Origin: Bacteroidales bacterium UBA2712 | GTDB taxonomy: Bacteria; Bacteroidota; Bacteroidia; Bacteroidales; Paludibacteraceae | NCBI GenBank assembly: GCA_002354055.1 | Contig: DEKW01000006.1 | Coordinates: forward strand, 1,864-65,863 | Direction: 5' to 3' | DNA: 64,000 bases | In this document: positions 18,242 to 27,209 of the stretch, piece by piece | How positions within the stretch are numbered: the stretch's first letter is position 1 | Layout of the letters: each line of letters starts with the position of its first letter | The notes under the pieces: generated by a model | What the model saw: only the letters and a program-made list of their open reading frames with translations | Databases searched by the model: none | What the model was told of the DNA's origin: nothing | Translations under genes and position numbers: made by a program

Positions 18242-20500
18242 ATGAATATTGTTACCAAAGAGATTGCTCTCCCCGATGGACGAGTAATCAAACTGGAGAC
18301 AGGCAAGTTGGCTAAACAAGCTGACGGCGCTGTGATGGCGACGCTCGGCAATACGATGATTCTCGCCACTGTCTGCTCCGCCAAAGATGCGGTTCCGGGT
18401 ACAGATTTTATGCCCCTGACCGTAGAGTACAAAGAGAAATTTGCGTCCGCAGGACGCTTCCCCGGCGGTTTTACTCGCCGCGAGGGCAAAGCATCGGATT
18501 ATGAGATCCTGATTGCGCGTCTCATCGACCGTGCCCTTCGCCCCCTCTTCCCTTCCAACTATCATGCAGAGACGTTTGTAAACGTCACGATGTATTCGGC
18601 TGACGGCATCGACATGCCGGAGAGCATTGCCGGACTCGCTGCAGGAGCTGCGTTGGCTTGTTCGGATATTCCTTTCGAGGGTCCGGTGAGTGAAGTACGT
18701 GTAGCACGTGTAGACGGTAAGATGGTCATCAACCCGACTTTCGAGCAATGCGAGCACGCTGATCTGGAGCTGATGGTGGCTGCTACGTATGACAACATCA
18801 TGATGGTCGAGGGCGAGATGAAAGAGGTGCCGGAGTCCGTTATGCTCGAGGCAATCAAGGCTGCACATGAGGCGATCAAACCGCAATGCCTCGCTATCAA
18901 CGAGATGATGAAGGCATATGGCAAGGAGACCAAACGTGAGTACTGCCACGAGGTGAACGATGATGAGTTGAAGCAGGCCGTGCATGATTACTCCTACGCA
19001 CGCGCTTATGCCCAGGCTACTGCAGCCGATACGGACAAGCATCACCGAGAGGAGATGTTTAGCCAGATTCGCGAAGATTTTAAGGCTGAGAAAGCAGAAT
19101 ATATGGCTGCCCGCGCAGAGGCACTGGGTATCGACATCGATGAAGTGGCTGCTCTTGTAGATCGTTACTATCACGATGTAGAGAAAGAGGCGATGCGTCG
19201 AGCGGTCCTCGATGAGGGCAAGCGTCTTGATGGCCGTAAGACCACGGAGATCCGTCCGATCTGGTGTGAGGTGGGTTACCTGCCCGGCCCTCACGGAAGT
19301 TCTATCTTCACCCGTGGTGAGACACAGTCTCTCTCGACCGTAACTCTCGGTACCAGCCGCGATGAGAAGATCGTCGATGAGGCATTGATCCAGGGCACCG
19401 ATAAGTTCCTGCTGCACTATAACTTCCCGCCGTTCTCGACGGGTGAGGCAAAAGCTCAGCGTGGTGTAGGACGTCGTGAGATTGGTCATGGTAACCTCGC
19501 TTGCCGTGCGCTCAAGAACATGATCCCGGAGGACTTCCCTTATACCGTACGTGTCGTTTCTGACATCCTCGAGTCCAACGGCTCCAGCTCGATGGCTACC
19601 GTTTGCGCAGGTACCCTCGCCCTCATGGACGCAGGTGTACCGATGAAGAAACCCGTTTCCGGTATTGCAATGGGTCTGATCTCCGAGAACCAAGGTAAGA
19701 ACTACGCTATCCTCTCCGATATCCTCGGCGATGAGGACCACCTCGGCGACATGGACTTCAAGACCACCGGTACGAAGGACGGTCTGACCGCTTGCCAGAT
19801 GGATATCAAGGTAGATGGTCTCTCCTATGAAATATTAGAGAACGCGCTCGCACAGGCGCACGAGGCACGTATGTACATCCTCGGTAAGATCCTCGAATGC
19901 ATGCCGGCTCCGCGTGCTGACCTCAAGCCGCACGCACCGCGTATCACCTCTTTCTATATCCCGAAAGATATGATCGGCGCTGTTATTGGCCCGGGCGGTA
20001 AGATTATCCAAGGCATCCAGGCTGAGACCGGAGCTGTCATCTCCATCGACGAAGATGAGAAGGGCGGCAAGGTGGAGGTAGCATCCAACAACGGTGAAGC
20101 AATGGCTGCGGCTATCGCGAAGATCAAAGCAATAGTAGCTCTGCCGGAGGTTGGCGAAGAGTACGACTCGGTCGTTAAGAGCCTCATGCCGTACGGCTGT
20201 TTCGTAGAGTTCATGCCGGGTAAGGAAGGTCTGCTCCATATCTCTGAGATCGACTGGAAGCGCTATGAGACCATGGAAGAGACCGGAATCAAAGAAGGTG
20301 ACCACATCCGTATCAAACTGCTGGAGGTGGATCCGAAGACCGGTAAGTTCCGCCTCTCTGCTCGCGCCCTCAAAGAGAAACCCGAAGGCTACGTAGAGCC
20401 GGAGAAGCGTGAGCGCGCTCCGCGTGGCGATCGTGACGGTGCACGCCTTGAGAGAGGTCCGCGCCCCGAACGTCGCGGCCCGAAACCCGAGCGGCACTAA
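18242..20500 (+). CDS. pnp: Polyribonucleotide nucleotidyltransferase (PNPase)
   Basis: 752 aa with two RNase PH domains, a KH domain and an S1 domain (…GAVIGPGGK…, …GCFVEF…GLLHISE…). Confidence 0.95.
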   Translation: MNIVTKEIALPDGRVIKLETGKLAKQADGAVMATLGNTMILATVCSAKDAVPGTDFMPLTVEYKEKFASAGRFPGGFTRREGKASDYEILIARLIDRALRPLFPSNYHAETFVNVTMYSADGIDMPESIAGLAAGAALACSDIPFEGPVSEVRVARVDGKMVINPTFEQCEHADLELMVAATYDNIMMVEGEMKEVPESVMLEAIKAAHEAIKPQCLAINEMMKAYGKETKREYCHEVNDDELKQAVHDYSYARAYAQATAADTDKHHREEMFSQIREDFKAEKAEYMAARAEALGIDIDEVAALVDRYYHDVEKEAMRRAVLDEGKRLDGRKTTEIRPIWCEVGYLPGPHGSSIFTRGETQSLSTVTLGTSRDEKIVDEALIQGTDKFLLHYNFPPFSTGEAKAQRGVGRREIGHGNLACRALKNMIPEDFPYTVRVVSDILESNGSSSMATVCAGTLALMDAGVPMKKPVSGIAMGLISENQGKNYAILSDILGDEDHLGDMDFKTTGTKDGLTACQMDIKVDGLSYEILENALAQAHEARMYILGKILECMPAPRADLKPHAPRITSFYIPKDMIGAVIGPGGKIIQGIQAETGAVISIDEDEKGGKVEVASNNGEAMAAAIAKIKAIVALPEVGEEYDSVVKSLMPYGCFVEFMPGKEGLLHISEIDWKRYETMEETGIKEGDHIRIKLLEVDPKTGKFRLSARALKEKPEGYVEPEKRERAPRGDRDGARLERGPRPERRGPKPERH

Positions 20501-20502
20501 GC

Positions 20503-20534
20503 AAAAAAAGCAGCGCAATCGCGCTGCTTTTTTA
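20503..20534. terminator. Bidirectional rho-independent terminator shared by convergent pnp and the TIR-fusion gene
   Basis: A-run, stem AGCAGCGC, loop AATC, stem GCGCTGCT, T-run. It sits 2-3 nt from both stop codons. Confidence 0.85.
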
Positions 20535-20536
20535 TG

Positions 20537-21946
20537 TTATTCTTCCATGACTATCCGTAAGCCAAGCGAACAATATCGCAAGTCAGGTAGATCGTCACCA
20601 CGATAGGATACTCTGGCTCTATCCGGCTCTCTATTCCATCCGCCTCCTCTACAGATTCGTTCTTCCCCTTCTTGCGGTCCTGTTGGATTAATTTGGTCTA
20701 ATTCGGAGAAATCCGCTTTCCAATCTTGAACCCATTCCCACACATTTCCGCTCATATCAAACAAACCGAGTTCATTAGGTATTTTCTCCCCGGGAAGATG
20801 GGTCATACTTTCACTATTCTCATTATACCATCCTACCTCATCCAAATTGTTACTACCGCTGTACTTATAATGACCGCTACGATTACCTCCTCTTGCTGCG
20901 TACTCCCATTCTGCCTCTGTCGGCAGACGGAAGTGCCGTCCTGTTATGCGGCTTAACTGTGCCACAAACTCTTGACAGTCAGACCAATTGACACTCTCTA
21001 CGGGTAACTTAGGTCCCTTAAAATAAGCAGGATTTTTACCCATAACAGCCTCCCATTGTTCTTGTCTTATCGGATACTTACCGATATAAAAAGAAGAAAG
21101 AGTTACTTTATGAGCCGGCATCTCATCGTTGAAAGCATCCTCTCCCTGTTCTTCTGTTCCTCCCATTATAAAAGTTCCTCCTTCAACTTTGACCATATCG
21201 TGTATCAGTTCCTGGATAGGAAGAGGCAGATCAGTAACGTGGTCTTCCGATTTTTCAGGTGACACATCATTTGGTTTTGTTTTTTGCAAAGCGCGGAATG
21301 CTTTCAATCGTTTCTCATCCAATTTCGCGGATTGGAACGGTATATATGTCCATCCGCACGTGGGACAATATTGCAAAATAATATCATGCATGCTTCCGCA
21401 TACCGGACATTTACGCTCATTTTTGCCAATCTTTTTCCTCTTTGCATAGATCAAGTCTAAGATTCTTTTCTGTTCCGTGTATAATCTTATACCGTCTTTT
21501 TCCAAAGTGGCTATTTCTTCTTTTATTTTCTTGAAATCAATAGTGGATTCGTCTATATGGCTCTTTACTGATTTGATAAGTTCGTTCAGCCCCGTCTCCG
21601 GGTTTTTGTAGTAATCGATAAAACTCAGTCCGCCAAGATCAAAAAGGATAGAATCATCATATACAGCATCGTCCAGTTTCACAGGAAGAATAAATTTCTT
21701 GAGATAAACAGCAGTATTCACCTCCTTGACCGTCCATGGAGAATTATTGGAATTCTTGGATGAGAAGAATAGAAATAACTGCGCATTTTTTATCGCATTC
21801 ACGATGACCGATTTGAAAGCATCGCCACTCTCAACGCCATCTTTATCTATCCATACGGAAATGTTGTGTTGAGCCAGTGCCTTTACTATTTTATTGACTA
21901 TCTCACTATCTACACGCGAATAACTTACGAATACTTCATATTTCAT
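20537..21946 (-). CDS. TIR domain / coiled-coil / zinc-ribbon / FGE-sulfatase (SUMF1-like, 'FGS') domain fusion protein
   Basis: N-terminus YEVFVSYSRVD...WID...SPWTVKEV matches the TIR betaA motif, and the SxWxxxE motif retains the putative catalytic Glu (E75). CPVCG...CPTCGW forms a zinc ribbon. C-terminus HKVTLSSFYIGKYPIRQEQW...RLPTEAEWEYAARGG...GNVWEWVQDW...RGGGW matches the FGE/SUMF1 fold signature. Confidence 0.8.
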   Translation of the reverse strand: MKYEVFVSYSRVDSEIVNKIVKALAQHNISVWIDKDGVESGDAFKSVIVNAIKNAQLFLFFSSKNSNNSPWTVKEVNTAVYLKKFILPVKLDDAVYDDSILFDLGGLSFIDYYKNPETGLNELIKSVKSHIDESTIDFKKIKEEIATLEKDGIRLYTEQKRILDLIYAKRKKIGKNERKCPVCGSMHDIILQYCPTCGWTYIPFQSAKLDEKRLKAFRALQKTKPNDVSPEKSEDHVTDLPLPIQELIHDMVKVEGGTFIMGGTEEQGEDAFNDEMPAHKVTLSSFYIGKYPIRQEQWEAVMGKNPAYFKGPKLPVESVNWSDCQEFVAQLSRITGRHFRLPTEAEWEYAARGGNRSGHYKYSGSNNLDEVGWYNENSESMTHLPGEKIPNELGLFDMSGNVWEWVQDWKADFSELDQINPTGPQEGEERICRGGGWNREPDRARVSYRGDDLPDLRYCSLGLRIVMEE

Positions 21947-21984
21947 AGAATGCTATTTTAGAGATTCTTTATTATCTTATCGTA

Positions 21985-24900
21985 CTAGAAATCTTTCTTC
22001 CAGATGAAGCCGACACCTTGAATGGTGGAGGCTTGGCGGAGAGAATATTTATCGACGGTGTGGGTGTAGCCTTTCATACGGAGCTGACCATCCTCCGTCA
22101 GTTTGACCTCAACGTCCAGATCGCCGAAGAAAGGCTGGTTGGAGATATCGTTATACCTATATCCTACGTTACCGTTAATCACGAGTCGATCAACCGGCTG
22201 CAGTTGGAATTGCGCCTCGTATTCGGAACTGGCATTAGCCCCTTCGCCGTCCCGGCGGATAGCAACACCGAGTGTTAACATATCCGTTAGTTTGGAGAGC
22301 CAGGAGTTGATCTGGCTCGTCACGGTAGAGGAGAGCAACGAGTAGGTGGAGTTCAGCGTCGCGTACTGGGTGTTGGACATATAATCGGGCGTGAAGAAAC
22401 GGTTGAAGACCAAGAGGTAAATCACCTGCCTCATCAACATCTCGTCGGTGTTGATCACTTGCCGTACCTGTTGCTGGATCGCCTGATCGGACAGCGGGAA
22501 CTCCAGCGAGAAGGACAGGATGGGGTTATTAAGCGTTCCGGTCATGTGCAGGCAGGTCATCACGGGGATATTGCTTCGCGAGGTGGCTAATTGGTCGGCA
22601 TCGCTGCCAAATAAGTCACGCAGGTTCGCCGTCACGCGGTATTTCGCTGTGACGTTCAGTTGAGGGTTGGTCGCGTCGCCCGAGAAGGCAATCGTCGATC
22701 CTTCGCCTATGGTGAACTCCTTGCGAATCATGTTTGCAATGGTGTAGGACAGGGTTCCTTGGTCGATGTCGTACGTACCTAAGAGCGACACGTCGCCGGT
22801 CTGGGTGTCGTACGCTAACTGCAACGCGCCACTACCTCGTGCCTGGATGATGTCTCCGTTCCGTTCGCCTAAGACGAGTTGGAAATTGAGCATCGGGTTG
22901 ACTTCCAGATTCAGTTTTACCAGACATCGTCCGGCGCGCTTGAAGATCGTTGAGTCGATCTCATGTACCGGTGCTGCTACGTCTATATTGTCCAGATCGT
23001 TCTCCTGCGTAGTATCTACTTTGACTAACTCCGGGTGCTCCACGAAATGCACGAACGCGGACTCGTAGGCCGAGGACACATTATCGATGCTCAAGCGGAA
23101 GCGCGAGTTCTTGGAGGTCTTGGCGTCTGCGAAGACGAGGATATCATCTTCGTTACCCGTCACATCCACATGCCCCGAAGCATAAACCGTACCTTGCAGC
23201 ATCTCGCCTTTCTTGTTCTTCCCAAAGACTAACGCATCGTGGGCATCGACATGCAGGTCGAGCGTGAAATCCTTGAACTGGTCATGATAGACACCTCCGT
23301 TGACTTCCACCTTGTTGCCCTCTGCGTCCGTCAGATGGACATTGGGGAAGAGGATTGCCGTCGTATCCATGACGATGGTATCTTCTGCAATCGTATAGCG
23401 CGCGCCGGTCCAGGGCAGAGTGAGTGAAGCATTCTGCGCGGCGCAGCGAAGTAGCACATATGTCAGTCCTTTTCGTCCGCCTACTACCACGCGTCCGGTG
23501 CCGTTACCATCCAGATCGGTCAGCACGGAGGAGGTCCAGTGGTTGACGAAGGCCAGCGGTACGGAGTCCGCCATCATGTCGAGTTCCCATCGTCCGGAGC
23601 CGTTGAAGAGCGCCTTGCCGTTCAGGTCCACCACTTTGCGGTCCGGCCGATAGACATCGGCATGGAAAGCGAGGCTGTCGGTGATATGCAGATCAACCTC
23701 CGCATCGCCGAACCAGCAGTTATTCAGTCCCATCGAGTCGATATGTATCTGCGTATCGACTTTCGCTTGCTTGAGTGCCCCGGAGATACTGGCTTTGCCG
23801 GTCAAAAGACCATTGAACATAATCGTCTGCACCGGCAGCAGGAACGGCACGACGTACGATGCGTCTATCTTCTGGAGATCGACATGTAAGGTATCTTTGC
23901 TTCGTCGCGAGGCTAAACCATTTGCGCGGAGATGCTGTCCGCCGCCCTCGAAGGAGAACTGATTTACCTGTACCGACGTATCCGCGGCGCAGTAGGTCAG
24001 ACGGCTCTCGCCCAAGGTGTATATGGAGTCGCGCAAAAGCAGCGTGCCCGGCATGAAATGGAGGTCAATGAGCGGCTTATGGTTGTATTTCGAGAAATGG
24101 GTGATGAACTTCAGATCACCGCCGTAGTTACCTGCCCGTTGCGCTGCTAACAATGCTTTCTGCTTTTCCGAGAAAGAGAGGTCGTCACTTAACGCACGTT
24201 GTAACTCTCGCGGTGTGAGTTTCTCCCATCCTTCGGGTAATAACTCATTCATCTGTGCCTGCTGACGAAGCGTGATCTGGGTCAGCAGGGTATCCCGGAA
24301 GGCCAGGGTAGAGACTACTGTGTGCATCTGCATCGCCTCTGCGGAGACGCTCAGTGCCAAGCCCGAACCGGCTTCCTGTGTATGCCGCAGGGTGTCGATG
24401 GTGTTCAGCGTGATGGTCAGGTCATGCACGGGGGTATTGCCGGCGCGTACACCCGGCGCGAAGAACCGCATCGCAAAGGATGGCTCTTCGTCCGGCTCTA
24501 TTCGTCCCTCGGCGCGCAGAGTAGGGTGGTCACTCAATGTCAGCGGAGCTTTGAAGAGCCGCTGTACATCGCGCAAGCGATGACCGTCCGCCTTCATGGT
24601 GAACTCTACCGGCTGCCATTTTTTCTTCGGCGCTTCCACAGCTGTGGGCAAGTAATGATGCATCATCGCCTGCGCAGCAGGAACGATGTCTGCATATCGG
24701 AACGAACCGTCCAATTGGGCCTTCAGGTAGTCCGTCGTCAGTGAGATAGACTTATCTCGATCTCCGTCGGCTTCGGCTAATAGAATCATCTGCTGCATCG
24801 TCACGGAGTCTCGTGCGGTAGCGAGGAAGAGCGAGTCAATGACCATATAACCGCTGATCTCATCGGGCTTGGCACCGCTCATGTCCACAGCGATGGAGAA

Positions 24901-26496
24901 ATGCGTGCGCAGCTGGTCGCCTAACAGTTCTGATCCTAATGGAGCCGAGTCGAAATGTTTGCATTGCAGGTTGCAGTTGATCTCCGGGTTGACGTCATGC
25001 AGATTGACCACGCCGTCGAACGAAGCGTTCAGATGCGGGTCGTTGATCCATGCGGAACCTTTGTATCGTTTGGGCGCGTAGGTGCCGTCCAGATGGAGGT
25101 CGGCGTAGGTGTAATTGTTATACGTCAGTTTGCGCACATGCGCCTTCACGTCACCGCTCACTTGGCCGTCATTGATCTGACCTTTGGAGGCCACATCCAG
25201 CGTCACGGTGCCGATCTTGGAGTTGGCTAACAGGTGTCCCAGACGGAAGTTTTTCCCTTCTACGCGTGCGTCGTATTCCATGTGGTCAAAAGCGGAGTCG
25301 CTGCGCAGCGTGCCATCCGTCGTGATAGCGCCTAACGCCGTGCGGAAAGCGCCATGAAGCGTCATCTTCCGCAACTCGCCTTCCGCCAGACCTCGGTAAT
25401 GGATTGTGCCTAAGCGATGTACCTCTGCCGGCAGTTTGACAGGCCGTCCGTAGAACTGCGAGAGGAAATCCTGAATCTGTGCCGCCGAGGCGCGCAGGTC
25501 TGTGAGGTTGGCGCGTAGATAGGGGTTCTCTGTCTTCGTCAGACCGATAGCGGCGATGTCGCCTTCGAGGATTGTCTGACCGTTGTAACGCATCTCCATC
25601 TGACGAACAGAGAGTGAGTCTAACTCTCCGGCTATCTCGCCCGAGAGGGCCAGGGAGCGTTTGAAGCCGTTAAATCGCGGAACGAGCATGCGGATATCCG
25701 CAGGCACTAACCGTGCGTCGATATTAAAGGGCGAAGTCAGGCTCAGATCGTTCTCCGAGACGGCGATCTCTATGCTGCTTAGTTCAAGTTTGGACTGCGG
25801 CAGCTGCGCCAGCATCGTCGGTATCTGGATCAGGCTGTCCGTCAGGATGACATGCGCCTTGAGATCCTCTACGCTGAGTTCTGGCTCCTGAATCCTGGCT
25901 CCTGAATCCTGACTTCTGACTCCTGAATTCTTCCTCACGACCATCGCCAGATGGCTGATTTCCGCGTCTAACTTATCAGCGCTCAGCCCGTGCAAATCCA
26001 TCTCAGCGTGGCTCAGCAGCGCTTCGTACTCTTCGTACCGGAGACGGATATTGTCGAGTTGCACGTCCTTGACGGCGATGAGGCTTCGGAGCGGATCGCT
26101 CTTCTTTTTCTGATCGCTTTGGAAGGCATCGACGAGGAACTGGTAGTTCTTATCATGGATGTTGACCACTACGTCTTTGAGCCGCACGTGGCTGAATCGT
26201 ATCTCGCCATGCCGCAATGCCAGCGGCGCAAACTGCCCGTTCAGTTCGCCGATATATCCCAAGGTGTCGCCTTGCTGGTCTGCTAAATAGATATCCTTGA
26301 AGGCTATTTTTGCCGGGAATCGGTACTCGACAGCTCCTACATGTGCGTCGGTGCCTAAGATTTTTGAGAGTTCTTTGGTGGCTAACTGTACGGCTGCCGT
26401 CTCCACTTCATCGCTCATCAACGCACCCACAACCATGCCGCCCACCAGAGTCAGACTGACGAGCAAAACACCCAATATGTATAGCAATTGTTTCAT
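21985..26496 (-). CDS. tamB: Translocation and assembly module protein TamB-like (AsmA/DUF490 family)
   Basis: About 1500 aa with a single N-terminal TM anchor (MKQLLYILGVLLVSLTLVGGMVVG), a long beta-rich body and a TamB-type C-terminal domain. I chose the ATG at 26496 because the TACCTTTG promoter box lies inside the longer ORF. Confidence 0.75.
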   Translation of the reverse strand: MKQLLYILGVLLVSLTLVGGMVVGALMSDEVETAAVQLATKELSKILGTDAHVGAVEYRFPAKIAFKDIYLADQQGDTLGYIGELNGQFAPLALRHGEIRFSHVRLKDVVVNIHDKNYQFLVDAFQSDQKKKSDPLRSLIAVKDVQLDNIRLRYEEYEALLSHAEMDLHGLSADKLDAEISHLAMVVRKNSGVRSQDSGARIQEPELSVEDLKAHVILTDSLIQIPTMLAQLPQSKLELSSIEIAVSENDLSLTSPFNIDARLVPADIRMLVPRFNGFKRSLALSGEIAGELDSLSVRQMEMRYNGQTILEGDIAAIGLTKTENPYLRANLTDLRASAAQIQDFLSQFYGRPVKLPAEVHRLGTIHYRGLAEGELRKMTLHGAFRTALGAITTDGTLRSDSAFDHMEYDARVEGKNFRLGHLLANSKIGTVTLDVASKGQINDGQVSGDVKAHVRKLTYNNYTYADLHLDGTYAPKRYKGSAWINDPHLNASFDGVVNLHDVNPEINCNLQCKHFDSAPLGSELLGDQLRTHFSIAVDMSGAKPDEISGYMVIDSLFLATARDSVTMQQMILLAEADGDRDKSISLTTDYLKAQLDGSFRYADIVPAAQAMMHHYLPTAVEAPKKKWQPVEFTMKADGHRLRDVQRLFKAPLTLSDHPTLRAEGRIEPDEEPSFAMRFFAPGVRAGNTPVHDLTITLNTIDTLRHTQEAGSGLALSVSAEAMQMHTVVSTLAFRDTLLTQITLRQQAQMNELLPEGWEKLTPRELQRALSDDLSFSEKQKALLAAQRAGNYGGDLKFITHFSKYNHKPLIDLHFMPGTLLLRDSIYTLGESRLTYCAADTSVQVNQFSFEGGGQHLRANGLASRRSKDTLHVDLQKIDASYVVPFLLPVQTIMFNGLLTGKASISGALKQAKVDTQIHIDSMGLNNCWFGDAEVDLHITDSLAFHADVYRPDRKVVDLNGKALFNGSGRWELDMMADSVPLAFVNHWTSSVLTDLDGNGTGRVVVGGRKGLTYVLLRCAAQNASLTLPWTGARYTIAEDTIVMDTTAILFPNVHLTDAEGNKVEVNGGVYHDQFKDFTLDLHVDAHDALVFGKNKKGEMLQGTVYASGHVDVTGNEDDILVFADAKTSKNSRFRLSIDNVSSAYESAFVHFVEHPELVKVDTTQENDLDNIDVAAPVHEIDSTIFKRAGRCLVKLNLEVNPMLNFQLVLGERNGDIIQARGSGALQLAYDTQTGDVSLLGTYDIDQGTLSYTIANMIRKEFTIGEGSTIAFSGDATNPQLNVTAKYRVTANLRDLFGSDADQLATSRSNIPVMTCLHMTGTLNNPILSFSLEFPLSDQAIQQQVRQVINTDEMLMRQVIYLLVFNRFFTPDYMSNTQYATLNSTYSLLSSTVTSQINSWLSKLTDMLTLGVAIRRDGEGANASSEYEAQFQLQPVDRLVINGNVGYRYNDISNQPFFGDLDVEVKLTEDGQLRMKGYTHTVDKYSLRQASTIQGVGFIWKKDF
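25874..25929. repeat. Tandem heptamer array, 8 copies (CTGAGTT CTGGCTC CTGAATC CTGGCTC CTGAATC CTGACTT CTGACTC CTGAATT)
   Basis: Read directly from the sequence. On the minus strand it encodes NSGVRSQDSGARIQEPEL inside tamB. Confidence 0.9.
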
Positions 26497-26528
26497 GTAC
26501 GTACGCAAGTGTGCATACAAATAGCATG

Positions 26529-26560
26529 CAAAGGTACGAAAAATATTTCGTAACTGCAAA
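26529..26560 (-). promoter_or_regulatory. Bacteroidota-type promoter of tamB (TTTG, 20 nt spacer, TACCTTTG)
   Basis: Read from the reverse complement. The -7 box lies 33 nt upstream of the ATG at 26496. Confidence 0.7.
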
Positions 26561-26596
26561 TAAAATCGACAAAATTGCATTTTTTTGCAAAAATAT

Positions 26597-26628
26597 TTGG
26601 TCAATTCAAAAAAAAGCAGTACCTTTGC
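26597..26628 (+). promoter_or_regulatory. Bacteroidota-type promoter of rplS (TTTG, 20 nt spacer, TACCTTTG), followed by a leader hairpin GCACGC-TTTTTT-GCGTG
   Basis: CAATTCAAAAAAAAGCAGTACCTTTGCACGCTTTTTTGCG, read directly. The leader to the ATG at 26743 is about 105 nt. Confidence 0.75.
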
Positions 26629-26742
26629 ACGCTTTTTTGCGTGAAAAGCATCGTAGTAAGCCTCTGGCGATTGCATTAGGTTCGTCCGAATAGTAGTATA
26701 TGCTTATTAGGATTAGTATGAATCCATAAAAAAGAAACGAGA

Positions 26743-27096
26743 ATGGATTTGATTAAAGTAGCTGAGCAAGCATTTGCCGGCGAGAAAAAAGAGTTCCCGG
26801 CATTCAAGGCCGGCGATCAGGTAACCATCGGTTATCGTATTAAAGAGGGTAACAAAGAGCGTGTTCAGGAGTTCCGCGGTGATGTGATCTGCATTCATGG
26901 TAGCGGCGACAAGAAGCGCTTCACGGTTCGCAAGATGAGCGGCAACGTTGGTGTAGAGCGTATCTTCCCGATGGACAGCCCCTTCATCGAGAGCATTACG
27001 GTGAACAAGTACGGTAAAGTACGTCGTTCGAAACTGTATTACCTCCGCGAGCGTACGGGTAAGAAAGCCCGCATTCAAGAGCGCCGCGTTAAGTGA
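26743..27096 (+). CDS. rplS: 50S ribosomal protein L19
   Basis: 117 aa with typical L19 sequence (FKAGDQV...KEGNKERVQEFRGDVI...RRSKLYYLR). Confidence 0.95.
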   Translation: MDLIKVAEQAFAGEKKEFPAFKAGDQVTIGYRIKEGNKERVQEFRGDVICIHGSGDKKRFTVRKMSGNVGVERIFPMDSPFIESITVNKYGKVRRSKLYYLRERTGKKARIQERRVK

Positions 27097-27164
27097 GCTT
27101 AGACTAAGACTCGCGCGACTCGCGGCATAGCCGCTCAATGGCGCTACGTCTTGTCCTACGCTTT

Positions 27165-27204
27165 AAATCCAAGTGCACTACGTTAGCGCTTGGATTTATT
27201 TTTA
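27165..27204 (+). terminator. Hairpin plus T-run downstream of rplS (AAATCCAAG...CTTGGATTT ATTTTT)
   Basis: 9-bp stem read directly. It ends only 5 nt before the uvrB ATG, so it may act as an attenuator rather than a full terminator. Confidence 0.45.
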
Positions 27205-27209
27205 GAAGT

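Noticed and set aside
18056-19741. 561-aa ORF antisense to pnp
   Set aside because: It lies entirely within, and opposite to, a very confidently identified PNPase gene. Its composition is low-complexity and Arg/His/Leu/Cys-rich, typical of antisense frames in GC-rich genes, and it has no recognisable motifs.
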